Shown in pieces: positions 63,605 to 64,000 of a stretch of 64,000 bases of DNA. The notes under the pieces are model-generated. The model made no database searches, was not told where the DNA came from, and saw only the letters and a program-made list of their open reading frames with translations. This DNA comes from Malacoraja senta (Eukaryota). Location of the stretch: contig CM075999.1 of NCBI GenBank assembly GCA_038087875.1, positions 2,792,001 to 2,856,000 on the forward strand. The letters run 5' to 3'. A program made the position numbers and the translations under genes. The first letter of the stretch is position 1; each line of letters begins with the position of its first letter.

Positions 63605-64000
63605 TAACTCTACCCTGCACCCTAGAGGCAATTTACAATTTTACCAAGTCAATTAGCCTTCAAACCTGTACGTCTTTGGAGTGTGGGAAGAAGCCGGAGA
63701 TCCCGGAGAAAACCCACGCAGGTCACGGGGAGAACGTAAAAGCTCCATAAAGCAGCACCCGTAGTCGAGGATCGAACCCGTGTCTCTGTAAGGGAGCAAC
63801 TCTACCGCTGCGCCACCGTGCCTATGTTGAAATATCTTACTCGACCTCGGTTGGATTGTAAGATTTCTCTGCTTGTGTCTATTGTGAGAGGGGCCACGTT
63901 TGAAGGTGATGTTTGGGGCAAGTTTTTTTTACACAGATGGTGGTGGGTGCCTGGAAAGCGTGGCCGGTGATGGAGGCAGATCCAAAAGTGGAGTTTTGGA

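Overview
Repeat-dominated vertebrate genomic DNA. The tRNA-headed V-SINE/HE1-type SINEs, CR1 tails and Penelope-type fragments point to a cartilaginous fish, probably a skate or ray (inference). One host gene is visible on the + strand: a DCBLD-family (CUB-LCCL-discoidin) membrane protein, most like DCBLD1. I can place its signal-peptide exon (present twice), two CUB exons and two LCCL exons. Two expected small exons are missing and probably lie in the 200-N gap at 55085-55284. The second CUB exon has two 1-bp homopolymer frameshifts. A ~10.7 kb near-identical tandem duplication flanking the 200-N gap at 26620-26819 looks like an assembly artefact. The rest is nested mobile DNA: a young 5'-truncated CR1 with an open RT ORF, Rex1 and L1 fragments, Helitron-like, hAT-like and PIF/Harbinger-like non-autonomous elements, and minisatellites. 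The most interesting signal is RNA structure. Three unrelated short non-coding retroelements (5445-5611, 7144-7580, 13572-13791) each begin with a sequence I can fold by hand into an HDV-like double-pseudoknot ribozyme, one of them a ~52-nt form without P4. Penelope-derived fragments also carry many minimal hammerhead motifs. All folds and family assignments are by eye and from recalled consensus sequences; no searches were run.
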